Positions 44,256 through 58,159 of a stretch of DNA of 64,000 nucleotides are shown here, one piece after another (position 1 is the stretch's first letter; each line of letters opens with the position of its first letter). The notes beneath the pieces were generated by a model. The model did not search any database, was not told the origin of the DNA, and saw nothing but the letters and a program-made list of their open reading frames with translations. The position numbers and the translations under genes are program-made. This DNA is from Octopus vulgaris (taxonomy: Eukaryota): NCBI GenBank assembly GCA_951406725.2, contig OX597822.1:105338001-105402000 (forward strand), written 5' to 3'.

Positions 44256-44932
44256 TGCAGAACCTCCTTTGTGCTTATATCTTAGCTAAAGCACAGCTAA
44301 CATTCAAAACTGAGCTTGAATCGATGCGGAAGGGAAAACTAAAAGGATATACGTGAAACTAAGGCAAATCGAACCCACGTATAAAATATAGATGCCTGTG
44401 ATTTATCTTGGGAAATCGAGCAAATATTTCATTTGTCTTGTTAACGCTCCTACATCAACACTTAAATACCTTTATAGTCTGTAAATCTAAGAGAAGATGG
44501 AGATCAATTTTAATGTAACATATGGATCAGAGAGCATAAATCTTTTAATTTAGACATCAATGCTTTAGCTAAAATTCGGCAACGAAACCATTTGAACGAT
44601 AATGTTGAGAGAAATGCTAAAACTTCAAGTAATGTTTTGAGAGCAATTTTCAACTATAGCTAACTTGATTGTAGTTCTTTCTAAAAGAAACAAGAATTAG
44701 AAAAACCAAAAAGGAATAGACGATAAATTTACATCTGTATTTTTAAACAGTGTACTATAATAATTTCTATTGACATTTCTTATATATATATTTTCTGTGC
44801 AAACGGTTCCCTTGTAATTTGTAATTTACAATCAATATGTGTTCTCTCTCTCACTCACACACACAGACACACACGCTCAGACACACGAACACACATGTGT
44901 ATATACATGTATACGTATATGAATTAGTGAGC

Positions 44933-45356
<424 letters not shown>

Positions 45357-45833
45357 AAGAAATATTCTAAATAACTGACTGCATGAGGTATCAGCTTACC
45401 AGCTTTTAAAGAACGTGTTCCTTTTCAAGATATTGTGCTATCTCTTTCACTTTATCAAACTGGGATTACATACAATAGAATTAACTGCTCGGTGATATAT
45501 CATCTAACTGATTGACGAGCATGCAGTTGGCTTAAAGGATTTGGAAGGAATTATATGAAGAAGAAGTAAAGTTTAGTCATATTCTGCCGAATCTAGATAA
45601 CAAAGCTGTAGATAAAGTAATGAAACGTTAGATGCTAGGCAGTCAGTATGCTAAAATGCGATATACGATTGCCTAATGTGAGTGAATATATACGTGTGTG
45701 TATGTGCGTAGATAGATAAATAGATGGTCAATTAGGTATATATATATATATATATATAGTGAGATGGATTGAGAGATATGTGTGTGTGTAGATAGATAAA
45801 TAGATTGTCAATTATATATATATATATATAAAC

Positions 45834-45865
<32 letters not shown>

Positions 45866-46672
45866 GTATAGTGAGATGGATTGAGAGATATGTGTGTGTA
45901 AATAGATAAATAGATGGTCAATTATATATATATATAAACATATATATAAATATATATATATATATATGTGTATAGGAAGATGGAGTGAGAGAGAGAGAGA
46001 GAGAGAAAGAGAGACAGAGAGAGGCACACAAACAGCCACACACAACGAGAAAAGGGCTGAGAGAGAGCTTCATGTAATGAACGAAGCACCTATCATCCAG
46101 AGGTTTTGGGTCCCAAGTTAACTTCTAAATATTTCGGCATAACTAAGGCATATCCCAAAGCAATACTCGAGATGGCAGCCAAAATTTCCAATTGAAAAAC
46201 AAGTAATTGAAAGTAAGGAGAGGGCGAAGAGGGGCACTGGCGTTAAGGGTAATGCTTCGGTTAAATGCGTACTTCAGAATAAAATGTTTATTATCGGATA
46301 TGATTGATAGAGCATCAGGAAAAATTACTGGAGCAAAGGTGAGCGAGAAGATAAGAAAGAGCGGGAGAATTGGAAGTGCGAAGATAGTTGTTTCTGTAAT
46401 GAAAATGGAATGGAGGGGCAGTAACAGTGTTGGAGAAACTTACAGGTCTATTACGAAACGAGTGAGGTTATGCGTTTGTGAACGGAACGATAGAGTAACC
46501 AGGATTATCTCTTTTATCCCCTTTACTTGTTCTAGTGATTTGAAAGAGGGTTGTAATTGCTTTTGTTTTACTCAATCGATTGATGAAAGTTTTCTTTATC
46601 GATAAGTTCTGTTAATCATAATTTTCTACAAAAATTTGAGAAGCCATCTCGTACTTCACGGAGGTTATTCTA

Positions 46673-46759
<87 letters not shown>

Positions 46760-46906
46760 CAATTCATAAATAAAGGCAAACGAAACAATTTCTAGTGCCA
46801 AATATGCCGAAAAATTGGACATATTGTCCATTAACCATTTAATTTTTTCATAATATGCACGCTACTCGAAAAAAGTTGGACAGAAATTTCTAAAAAATTC
46901 CACTAT

Positions 46907-46964
46907 TACCATATCGGACCGATTTCAGGGTTAGCTTATAACAGCCCACCCTTCGTCAGTGATA
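46907..46964 (-). ncRNA. Canonical type I hammerhead ribozyme
   Basis: Minus strand reads UAUCA-CUGACGA-AGGGU.GGCU(GUUAUA)AGCU.ACCCU-GAAA-UCGG(U)CCGA-UA^-UGGUA. The core is intact, helix I is 5 bp with one G-U and helix III is near-palindromic. The insert (46756-46985) lies between two (TA)n tracts. Confidence 0.88.
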
Positions 46965-46977
46965 CATGTGGTAAAAG

Positions 46978-47037
<60 letters not shown>

Positions 47038-47351
47038 CGACGGGCTTTTTTCAGTTTCCACCTACCGAATCATTTGGACGGTTCGGGGCTCTAGTAGACA
47101 ATACTTGCGCCTTATGCGGAAGGCGGCCACATTTTGTCCATGACTAAAATAACTCTAGTAGGGGTTGCAGTGGAAGAGATTCCAAGAATAGTTGACGCAA
47201 TGCTCCCTACTTGTAGAATTGAATTTGGCACACTCAAAGACGCGCGCGCAGACACACATACACACAAACGCGCACAGATATGTCCACACGCACAAACATG
47301 CACACACACAGAAACACAGAAACACACACACACATATATATATATGCATAT

Positions 47352-47705
47352 ATGGTATATCATATTATCTTTCCGAATTGCATATAGACATAGAATCTGA
47401 AAATATGACAATACATAGCAGGGAGAGGTGTGAGTTGATATACATATCAATTATATCTTTTTACTTTTACTGGTTTCAAGTATTCGAGTGAAACCGTGCT
47501 GGGACACCACTTTCAAGGCATTTAGTTCACAGAATCAACCACAGGACTTATTTTTACAACCTAGCACTTATTCTATCGTATCTTTTTTACCGGACTGCTA
47601 AGTTGCGGGGGACATAAACAAGCCAACAATGACTGCCAGGGAGTAGTGTGAAACGCACACACGCGTATACACATGTGTATATATGTGTATTCATATGCAT
47701 ATGTT

Positions 47706-47796
<91 letters not shown>

Positions 47797-47847
47797 GTAT
47801 ATTTGTATATATATATGTATATTTGTATATATATATAGTATATATTT

Positions 47848-47884
<37 letters not shown>

Positions 47885-47893
47885 ATACATATA
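47352..47893 (+). repeat. Direct duplicate of 43463-43975
   Basis: About 100 bp of non-SINE flank, an old SINE B tail and the microsatellite are nearly identical between the two sites. Confidence 0.9.
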
Positions 47894-47895
47894 CA

Positions 47896-48057
47896 TGGGC
47901 AGTTTATGACTCTCCCGACAAACCTGCACAGATGGGATTTAAGGGAAGATCAGTTGTGTAGACATTGTGAAGAAAGGGGCCTTCTGGCATACATCTTGGC
48001 AGAGTGCAGAATAGCAATCTCTCAAGACAGATAAATGGCGCCAGGACAGGGTGTTTG
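47896..48057 (+). pseudogene. RLE-type non-LTR retrotransposon (HERO/NeSL/R2-group) zinc-knuckle fragment
   Basis: [47 protein letters not shown] resembles the CxxC..H...C / RYxWRHD region. Confidence 0.75.
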
Positions 48058-48652
48058 CATACACACAAACACACACACACACACAATAACGCATACGCAT
48101 GCACACACACACACACAGTGTTAAGAATCAAGAACTTTTGATATTAGGATCTGTTGAGGGGAAATAATTATAATGCCCTTCGTACATATTGGGCCTCAGC
48201 GCTACTTGAGCAGAGGAACCAATGCAGTGTAGTTTGATAGTCGCTGAGAAGGCTTTGGTCGGCCCGCTGCTATAGCAAAATACATTTGCTGAATGTACAA
48301 CAGTGGAGGATTGTACCAGGAACCATAGAGTTAGGAAGCAAGCTCTTTATCTCACAGCCGCAACGGATCGATTTATTTAGATTTATATACATTTAAATAT
48401 ATATACCGCATTATAATCTAGTAATAACCGTAATTTAAACTGTCTCCTACAGAAAATTATATATGGAGATACGATTACTTGCGCAGGCACACAGGTATAT
48501 AATCAGCACACACATACGTACACATATATTCGCCCAACACATAAACGTCAGCACACACACACGCGCACACATACACTAACTCAGACACACACACATAGGC
48601 GCACACCTAAAGTCACTCACACACAAACACAAACACATACATACACATGTAC

Positions 48653-48713
<61 letters not shown>

Positions 48714-49629
48714 TATACATACACGAACATGTGTATGTATGTGTATAAATATATATACACATATATACATATGTATATGTATATATATAGATACACATAT
48801 ATATATATACATATATATATATACATATATACACATACATACACACACACACATATATATATATGTATATATATATATATGTGTATATATATATACATAT
48901 ACACAAACATGTATATATATGTGTGTATATAAATACACATGTATATATATATATATACACATACATACATACATACATACATACATGCATACTTACAAAC
49001 ATACATACATACATACATATTTGCATATATATATATATATATATATATATGCGTTTGCCTGTGTGTGCACACTTATTTGATGCTGTATGTCTGATCTGGT
49101 TTGTGTGTGAGAGCTTGGAAGTATGTTTGTATATATGTGTGTGTTTGGGGAGAAGGTAGGGGTGTGCGTGTGTTTATACTGGGAATCTGTATGTATATGT
49201 GTATATTTAATGGCTTTGCTTACATAATTTGCGATATAGAGAGATCGGTTAAATTATGGCTAATGCTACGCGACAATCGCCACGACAACTATGAAAACGA
49301 CAACGTGAATAAAAATAATAATAATAACGATGATGATGACGATGACGACGATGATGAAGAAAATAAATTGTATTTAGCTCCCTGCAATTGGGATACTTCT
49401 TTTAATCCATATACATATACACACACGTGCGTAGATATATATATATATATATATCTACGCACGTGTATATATATATATATATGTGTGTCTGTGTGTTTGT
49501 GTGTATATACGTACATATTTGTTCGTGTATGTATGTATGTGTGTTTGTGCATACATATACACATTATATATATTCTATATATATATATACATTGCTACAT
49601 ACATAGATGAACGTATATGTATATATTTG

Positions 49630-49661
<32 letters not shown>

Positions 49662-49781
49662 GAGGGCATTATTATACATACATGCCACACGCTAAGAGGG
49701 ACAAAATTAGTCATTTCTACCAAAAATTTTACTAATCCCACCGAATGCAATTTTTCAAAGTAAGACATTTAAAAATATGGT

Positions 49782-49824
49782 CTTGTATCACCTGTGATTT
49801 CATACCTCTGTATTCATCAGCAAG
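49782..49824 (-). ncRNA. Canonical minimal type I hammerhead ribozyme
   Basis: Minus strand reads CUUG-CUGAUGA-AUAC(AGAG)GUAU-GAAA-UCAC(AG)GUGA-UA^-CAAG. The core is intact, all three helices are Watson-Crick paired and the cleavage triplet is AUA. It sits in a ~450 bp insert (49660-50110) flanked by (TA)n on both sides. Confidence 0.9.
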
Positions 49825-50106
49825 CCTGGACGTATCATAAATAAACGACCCTACCTCGTCTAAGCCGAGCAGCTAACTGATCAACATCAACGAAGCACAT
49901 GGGTGAGTTTACATATATTACATCCGGTAAATGGCAGACTTTTACGAATTGCATTTCGGGAAGGAAAGTTTTTTCGGAATAAAAATTTAGCAATTAAGGA
50001 CAACTTCTTAATAAGGAAAACTTAACAAGAAATTATCGGGTAGATAGCGTGAAAGACCTCATAAGAGAAAAAATTTCGAAAATAATTCTTTCTTATTGAA
50101 CATATT

Positions 50107-50173
<67 letters not shown>

Positions 50174-50184
50174 GTATATATATT

Positions 50185-50407
50185 TTATTTAAAGCAGCAG
50201 AAAATTCAACAAAACCTGTTACTCTGAGTTCCCGTTGCCGTTCATCGGACAGTTTTTCTATCAAAAGTTGTCCGATGAACGGCAACGGAAACTCAGAGTA
50301 ACAGGTTTTGTTGAATTTTCTGCTGCTTTCAATAAAGCATATTACTCTACCACTGGTATTTGAGTACTCTTTTTTCCACCTTGTTTCACATTTATGTGTT
50401 TACTCCG

Positions 50408-50409
<2 letters not shown>
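50185..50409. mobile_element. Short palindromic element between (TA)n tracts
   Basis: Arms at about 50185-50256 and 50262-50335, plus a ~75 bp 3' extension. A decayed relative lies at about 51666-51742 on the minus strand. Confidence 0.72.
50263..50309 (+). ncRNA. Minimal hammerhead-like motif with CCGAUGA core
   Basis: UGU-CCGAUGA-A-CG(GCAA)CG-GAAA-CUCAGAG-UA^-ACA. The inverted copy at 50211-50255 has the longer helix I (AAAACUGU/ACAGGUUUU) but GGAA in place of GAAA. AATAAA follows about 30 nt downstream. Confidence 0.62.
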
Positions 50410-50438
<29 letters not shown>

Positions 50439-50738
50439 TATATATATAGTGTGTGCGTATGTGTGCATGTGTGCGTGCCTGTGTGTGTGTGAGCGTGTGT
50501 GTGCGCATGTGGGTATTTATATCTGTATATAGGTATCAATTTATGCATAATTATAGAGTTACTAACAACGTAACTTTTATATTCGTAACTTCAACTCAAA
50601 TTTTATTTTCTGATTTTTTTTACAATAACTGAACGCCCACTACTAAGTAATTTTCTGCTTTACGTTTAAATTTATTGAGTCTTCCTCGTTCCAAATGATC
50701 TCATTAATACCTAAATGAAGGAAACATACCTACCTACC

Positions 50739-50788
<50 letters not shown>

Positions 50789-50998
50789 GGCAAAAAATTT
50801 CGTAGAATTTTTTTGCCACCAGCGGCCTAGTGGGAAAAAAATTAAATAGTCATAGACCATTTATAAATTCAACATCACAATCAAGGAACGGCCATAATAG
50901 GCCATTCACCCACTAGAAATTACAGCCAAAGCTTCAACCGCAAAACAACATTAATTCCGCAAACCAGGAGAAAATTAAAAAAACATTTACCCTGTAGT

Positions 50999-51101
50999 TT
51001 CTTATACGATGCACCGTTTCATCTATTGTTTAATGGTAAACTAACCTGATTAAATTAAATCAAGCTAATCTTCCATAGGCCGATAGATTCGTCAGTAAGA
51101 A
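50999..51101 (-). ncRNA. Type I hammerhead ribozyme (left-arm inverted copy)
   Basis: Reverse complement of 51324-51426 with one substitution in the helix II extension. The core is intact. Confidence 0.87.
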
Positions 51102-51323
51102 CAGCCAGATCGGAGCAGATATTTGCACGAGGCACTTCTATCCCTGCCTCGGCAGGGATATTGATTAATTATGAATTTTCTGGTTAATTCCGTAATGGAA
51201 TCGGCGGCTTATATTTGCTGCCGATAAATTTGGCGCGAGTGCGATGATTTGAAAATTTTAGGTCAGATATTGCCGAGGCAGGGATAGAAGTGCCTCGTGC
51301 AAATATCTGCTCCGATCTGGCTG

Positions 51324-51426
51324 TTCTTACTGACGAATCTATCGGCCTATGGAAGATTAGCTTGATTTAATTTAATCATGTTAGTTTACCATTAAACAAT
51401 AGATGAAACGGTGCATCGTATAAGAA
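51324..51426 (+). ncRNA. Type I hammerhead ribozyme with long helix II extension (right arm of palindrome)
   Basis: UUCUUA-CUGACGA-AUCUAU[56 nt irregular hairpin]AUAGAU-GAAA-CGGUGCAUCG-UA^-UAAGAA. Helix I is 6 bp, helix III is the palindrome ACGRUGCAYCGU, and predicted cleavage is after 51420 (GUA). Confidence 0.88.
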
Positions 51427-51546
51427 ACTACAGGGTAAATGTTTTTTTAATTTTCTCCTGGTTTGCGGAATTAATGTTGTTTTGCGGTTGAAGCTTTGGC
51501 TGTTATTTCTAGTGGGTGAATGGCCTATTATGGCCGTTCCTTGATT

Positions 51547-51592
<46 letters not shown>

Positions 51593-51609
51593 TATATATA
51601 TATATATGC

Positions 51610-51669
<60 letters not shown>

Positions 51670-51980
51670 TATTACTAAAAGCAGCAGAAATATCACAAAA
51701 ACTGTTACACACAGTTGCACGTTCCCATTTGTCGGATAGTTTTCAAGGCGGTGGGCAGACGATTCAGTAAAACAATTCAGTAAAGCAATTTGATCGAAGA
51801 TGACAGAATTGGGAGCGCATTGTGAACATCAGTCCATAAAAGCTGCTTATGGTATGGTCGATATGTGTGATACTGTGATATAATGTGTGTGTATATGTAT
51901 GCGTGGTGTATGTGTATCTGTCTGGCTGTATGTATGTATGTACATGTATTTGCATGTATGCATGTGTGTATACGCCCAAC

Positions 51981-52032
<52 letters not shown>

Positions 52033-53207
52033 GGAATAAGAACGTAACGGACGACAATAAAAACATACGAACAGATAGATGATGCAAAGACGGAAGGAAA
52101 AAACCAGGACGGATCATTCGTGGCTTTCTACTCATAGGTCAAGTTTCCAGTTATCATTACAGTTTCGGCATGTTACACCTGAGACTGTTAAAAATAGTTT
52201 TGCGCAAAAGATCTAAGCTACGAGCATTAAATGTTTTGAAGAAGGCAAGAGAATGCGTACGAAAACTGTATTTATGTAGTTAAATATTTAAATTCTTCAG
52301 TTGGATAATATACTGTGAATTTATTCACTGTTGCACTACTCTGATTCTGTACGTTGTTTGGCGGCATTCGATTTGAATTCTTGATGCGTAAAGATGGAAC
52401 TGAGTGTGCACGGGAATACTCTGTGTTTTCAGGTCGTATTATAGGTCATGTTGATGCATTTTCCAGCGACCTTCCTGACGAGGTACGGTTGGTTAATTAA
52501 TCAGGTGACTTACTAATTGATTGATTTATTTGATCATTGATGGTGAAACTTATGGGTATAGGGTTAACTGGGATTTTTATTCATTCAAGTGTCCTACAGG
52601 CAACGTACAATGTAAGAATATCTCTTTCGTGGTTTGGATTTTGACTGCTCTTTCTAGCATATAAGGAATCCACATTGTGGTCGTTCTCCTTGTATAAACT
52701 CTTATACACTATTATATGTGTGTGTGTGTGTAAACAGACAGACAAATAGACAGGCAGAGAGACAGATATGCAGAAAGACAGACAGAGTGACAGACAGCTA
52801 GATAGATGGATAAATAGATCATCAGTGTGGGGTGCATATATACACTTTACATGTATTAGAATATGGTTTTGAAAACGTAAAGACTCATTCAACCTCATAT
52901 GTTTACAATTAATTTAAAATCTAATAGTTGTTATGTATTATATACAATTTTATATTTTTCGTATCCGTGGTTTTGTCTCAAATCATTGGTTTTATTAAAT
53001 TAAGAGAACGTGGTTTCTGTAGATTTTACAACGGCTTTCTTAATCACATTCACCGTCAAATATATCAAAATTTGCTAAGCGCTTACAATTTACATGGTGT
53101 ACAACCCACTTAAATTAGCAAAGCCAAATCCCTCACAGATCATAGTCTTAAGCAATGGCTATATTGAATAATAAATTTCGGGGAATATATATATATATAT
53201 ATTCAGA

Positions 53208-53246
<39 letters not shown>

Positions 53247-53252
<6 letters not shown>

Positions 53253-53519
53253 ATCACGTGACCGACCAGACCATCAGATGTTACTACACATCGCTGGTCA
53301 TCGAATGACGCCACCCCGCTGGGTAAGCGAGCAGGCCAACAGAAGAAAGAGTGAGGGAAAGAGTGGTGAAAGAGTACAGCAGGAAAGACCACCTCCTGCC
53401 GGAGGCTCGTGGAACTTTTTAGGTGTTTTCGCTCAATAAACACTCACAACGCCCGGTCTAGGAATCGAAACCGCGATCTTACGACTGCGAGTCCGCTACC
53501 CTAACCACTAGGCCATTGC
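53247..53519 (-). mobile_element. SINE A2
   Basis: Same structure as 40613-40897, inserted in (TA)n. Confidence 0.85.
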
Positions 53520-53524
53520 ATGAA

Positions 53525-53669
<145 letters not shown>

Positions 53670-53776
53670 TGAATATGGTACTTAAGTCAAAGGCACCAAA
53701 ATTTTGTGTGGTATTATCCATATAAATCCACTGGGTGATTACAATCAAAATAAGCAACAAGTATATCCGTGGTAAT

Positions 53777-53862
53777 GTGGTGCGATCGTTTCATGCTACT
53801 TCATTTCATTAAACACTGTAAGAATTACATCAGTTTTAAAATGTCGAGCAATCTTCAGCCAC
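53777..53862 (-). ncRNA. Decayed hammerhead ribozyme
   Basis: GUGG-CUGAAGA-UUGCU[~50 nt]AGCAU-GAAA-CGAUCG-CA-CCAC. Helices I-III are recognisable, but U16.1 is C and the first pair of helix II is mismatched. Confidence 0.55.
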
Positions 53863-54635
53863 CGCGTTGGATAGTCACACCTACTGCTTCTTTTACCATA
53901 ATTTCTCAAGAACGATTTATCTGGCAAATTGGATCTAAATTTGAATGAAGTATAGTGTGGGCATATTTTATGCCACACGACATTCTCCGTGTATATATGT
54001 GTGAGTGAAAATACGCACAGACATACACACGCACATATAAATTTATAGGATAATAGTACAACAATGCACCAATATTTACTGGGAGATTGAGGGGGAGAAT
54101 ATATTTGCGCTGTAAAACGCGACACGTAACTAAAAGTTCGGGCTCAGTGGAACGTCCCACACTCCATCCCTATATCCAGTGCAGTAAAACGAGGGAATTC
54201 AAACCACAGGATAGGCTAGTGTGTGGAATAAGAGCCGCATAATAGAATTAATCAAATACAGAAACCATATTTATTTTAATCTCTATGTAACATACACGCG
54301 TTTCGGCAACTTAACTGGTAAGAACACGTAGGTATTTGTCGAAAATAGTATGATCATTTTAAAATTGCCACTCAGTGTTTAGCAAAAACTGCAAAGAATG
54401 GTGTTTAAAATCCAACACATACATACATACATAAACATCTCCGTCTTTGCTACAATATGGCATCAGTGCAGTGGAGGAACTTGGAGCATGGGAAAAGTAC
54501 ACAGAGAAGATGAGCTTGAAGTTGAGTCCGTTCCCACCCATGTGGGTGAATATTCATATGGAGTCGTGTACACACGTATTACAATACGTATACAGCAAAG
54601 AGAAGAGAAGGAGAGAAGAAAAGAAGAAAATAGAC

Positions 54636-54782
54636 GTGTGGTAAGAAGCTTACTTACCAACCAAATGGTTCCGGGTCCAGTCCCACTGCGTGGCACCTCG
54701 GGCAAGTGTCTTGTACTATAGCCTCGGGACGACTAAAAGCTTGTGAGTGGATTTCGTCCACGGAAACTGAAAGAAGCCCATC

Positions 54783-54825
<43 letters not shown>

Positions 54826-55100
54826 TATATGCGCGTGTGTGTGTGTGTGTGTGTGTGTGAGTGTTTATATGTGACTATGTGTGTTTATGTGTCTGTGTCA
54901 TTGTGTTTTTCCATCCACCACCATCCGATGCTGGTGTGTTTATGTCCATGTAACATTGCGTTTCGGCACAAGAGACCGATAACATAAGTACCAGGCTCGC
55001 AAAGAATAAGTTCCAGATTCGATTCGTTCGATTAAAACCCCTTAAGGAAGTGCTCCAGCATGGCCGCAGTCAAATCCCTGAAAGAAGTAAAAGAATGAAA
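54636..55100 (+). mobile_element. SINE B
   Basis: Moderately diverged match. Additional 3' halves lie at about 55755-55950 and 57215-57400. Confidence 0.85.
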
Positions 55101-55516
55101 AAAAATAAGCCTCAGAATATTTTAAATATTGTCGATATGATAATCCCAGCCTCAACATCCTCAACTATACCAGTCCCAGCGATCGTAACAAACCAACAAC
55201 AATAATAATTCTAATTACAAGAATAACTTAACCTCCTTCGAACAGGCATCGCGCTAAAATGACCGTTTTGTAAGTTAAATGTCTTTTCAAAATATTTGTC
55301 ATAGCATTTTCTGCGCTTTTCTAATCATTGAAACACTATATGTAATATTTCTATCTATCGTTATTTCTGTCTTCCCGGATCAGAACTACTGGTTTATATC
55401 ATCGACCGAGTTACAAGCTATGGTCAAACGGTCAATATTATACTAACAATTATCAATGCAGCGAGCTGAGAGAATAGCTAACAGGCCATAAAATTGCTTA
55501 GCGGTATTTCTTCTTA

Positions 55517-55748
55517 AGGTGGTGAGCTGGCAGAATCGTTAGCACGCCAGGCGAAATGCTTAGCGGTATTTCGTCTGCCGTTACGTTCTGAGTTCGAATT
55601 CCGCCGAGGTCGACTTTGCCTTTCATCCTTTCGGGGTCGATAAATAAAGTACCAGTCACGCACTGGGGTCGATATAATCGACTTAATCCGTTTGTCTGTC
55701 CTTGTATGTCCTCTCTATGTTTAGCTCCTTGTGGGTAGTAAAGAAATA
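55517..55748 (+). mobile_element. SINE C
   Basis: Full-length match, preceded by a decayed C head. Confidence 0.87.
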
Positions 55749-56676
55749 GGTATCCCCCCCGCCTCACAACATCGCTTGACAACCAATGCTGGATTGTTTG
55801 TGTCCCCGTAACTTAGCAGTGCGGCAAAAGAGACCGATAGAATATGTACTAGGCTTGCAAAGAATAAATCTTGGTATCGATTTGCTCGACTAAAGTCGGT
55901 GCTCCAGCATGGCCCTAGTCAAATTACTGAAACAAGTTAACGAGTAAAAGTGTAGTGATCATCTACGCAGCTGAGTGGGAGAATAATTGGCAGACTGGAT
56001 AAATACTTAAGGGTATTTCTTTCGAGTTTACGTTCTGAGTTCAAATGCCGTTGAGGTCGTCGTGGCTTTTCACCCTTTCGGGTTCTATGAAATAAGCACT
56101 AGTTGAACACTGAAATCGATCAAAATCGACTAAACCTCAACCCCTAAAACTGCTGGCCATGTGGCAGAATGTGAAACCTCTTGCCCTTGTACTTACAGTA
56201 AGAATGGCTACACTAATAATTATTTCAGCAATTAAAATTTAACGATATTCGTTATCAGATGTTGAATTGCAATATCAGCGGACATAACCCAATAAGTTGA
56301 ATCGATGCTGAGACCTCTAATGCATTTACGCAAATTGTTTGGTCCTTTAAAGGAAAATTCGTTTAAAAATGGTTCAGGGAATTCTCTTCGTCAAAATCAT
56401 TAAAAAAACAGTAGCGTGTCGTGGGTATATATTATTATTCACTGAAGTATACTCATAGTGATTTTCTGTCATCGAACTAACGATTATCTAGAAAGAATTA
56501 AAGGGGTGTAATTACTATAATAGCGTTATGTTGGTGGGGGGAAAAGAGCATAATACTTACAACAATGGGACCAACAAAATGGTCTTCGATTATTAAACAA
56601 TGTGCCAATACATGATTTGACTGATTTCTATACAGTAGCAATGGAAGCTGAAGTGTCGATATCTATCTATCTATCA

Positions 56677-56719
<43 letters not shown>

Positions 56720-56755
56720 AATCTATCTATCTATCTATCTATCTACCAATATATC

Positions 56756-56784
<29 letters not shown>

Positions 56785-56788
<4 letters not shown>

Positions 56789-57043
56789 CCTAAAATCTAT
56801 TCAAATCGGACCATATTAACACCAAAAGTTATTTGCATCAGCAAGGTGCTTTTTTTCTATGAAAATCCCTATTTTCTTACGATTTTTTTTACTGCTGTGT
56901 CGCCATTTTTCGGTGTATTTCAACTAGAAAAAAGTTCATTTGAAAAGAATAACAAGCTACATAATGCAAAATTTTTACCTTTCCAAAATTACAATTCTAA
57001 AGGGTCAAAACAAACCCGAGCAACGTCGGGCGATACTGCTAGT
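56785..57043 (+). mobile_element. Non-autonomous Helitron 3' end
   Basis: GC-rich hairpin CCCGAGCAACGTCGGG (57015-57030), followed 8 nt later by CTAG|T. Confidence 0.65.
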
Positions 57044-57160
57044 GTATATATATATATTTACCTATATATATATACCTATATATAAATACATATATATATA
57101 TATATATATATACCTATATATACATATATATATATACCTATATATACATATATATACATA

Positions 57161-57208
<48 letters not shown>

Positions 57209-57479
57209 GTATTTATCCCCCCCCCCTCGCTTGACAATCGATGATGGTGCTTACATTCTCGTAACTTAGCGTTTCGGCCAAAAAGACTGATAGAATAAGT
57301 ACTAGGCTTTAAAAAAGAACAATTCCTGGGGTCGATTAGTTCGACTAAAGGCGGTGCTGCAGCATGGCCGCAGTCAAATGAAACAAGTAAAAGGATAAAA
57401 GACTAGAAGGAAAAGAAAGCATAGCACAAAAGAACATTATACTCCTTCAACCTTAAACAGCAAACACATCATAGCCCCA

Positions 57480-57890
57480 GCTGGAGGAAACGTTAGCACG
57501 CCGGGCGGAATACTTAGCGGTATTTCGTCTGCTGTTACGTTCTGAGTTCAAAATCCACCGAGGTCGACTTTGCCTTTCATCCTTTCGGGGTCGATAAATT
57601 AAGTACAAGTTACGCAGTGGGGTCGATATAATCGACTTAATCCGTTTGTCTCTCCTTGTTTGTCCTCTCTGTGTTTAGCCCTTTGTGGGTAGTAAAGAAA
57701 TAGGTATTTCGTTTGCTGTTACGTTCTGAGTTCAAATTCCACCGAAGTCGACTTTGCCTTTCATCTTTTCGGGCTCGATAAATTAAGTACCAGTTACGTA
57801 GTGAGGTCGATATAATCGACTTAATCCGTTTGTCTGTCCTTGTTTGTCCCCTCTATGTTTTAGCCCCTTGTGGGAAATAAAGAAATAAGA
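57480..57890 (+). mobile_element. SINE C, 1.8-mer tandem
   Basis: A full copy to about 57702, then a second copy starting at the internal GGTATTTCG. Confidence 0.87.
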
Positions 57891-58159
57891 ATTGTAGGAT
57901 AAATAAGTATAGAGAGAGGGGTGAAAAGAGAAAGAGATATGTACGAGAGCGATATGTGGTTGGCGGAGAATAGTACATACAAAGAGATAGATATCATTTC
58001 GATGTTTGCATTGACATCAAAGGAAGAGAGTTGAAGTCGGATTTGTTTTGGCCCAAGAGACTCCAAACTCTAAAGTTGTTAGATGTGTGTGTGTGTGTAG
58101 GGGGTGTCTATGTTAAGGTGTGGAACGTACAATTCCCTGTAAGTCAGACCACCTCATGA

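Larger units (their letters stand above)
50874..51551. mobile_element. Head-to-head palindromic element (281 bp arms, 116 bp spacer), putative Penelope-like pLTR remnant
   Basis: 50874-51154 is the reverse complement of 51271-51551, with two mismatches seen. Each arm carries a hammerhead and the right end abuts (TA)n. Confidence 0.8.

Noticed and set aside
46207-46605. 132 aa non-repetitive ORF
   Set aside because: It starts at TTG and has no recognisable motif. It may be the antisense of an old LINE fragment, but I cannot support that.
52150-52185. Minus-strand GCC-GAAACTGTA half-hammerhead in an insert after (TA)n
   Set aside because: No matching CUGANGA box or helix I could be found, so it is not counted.
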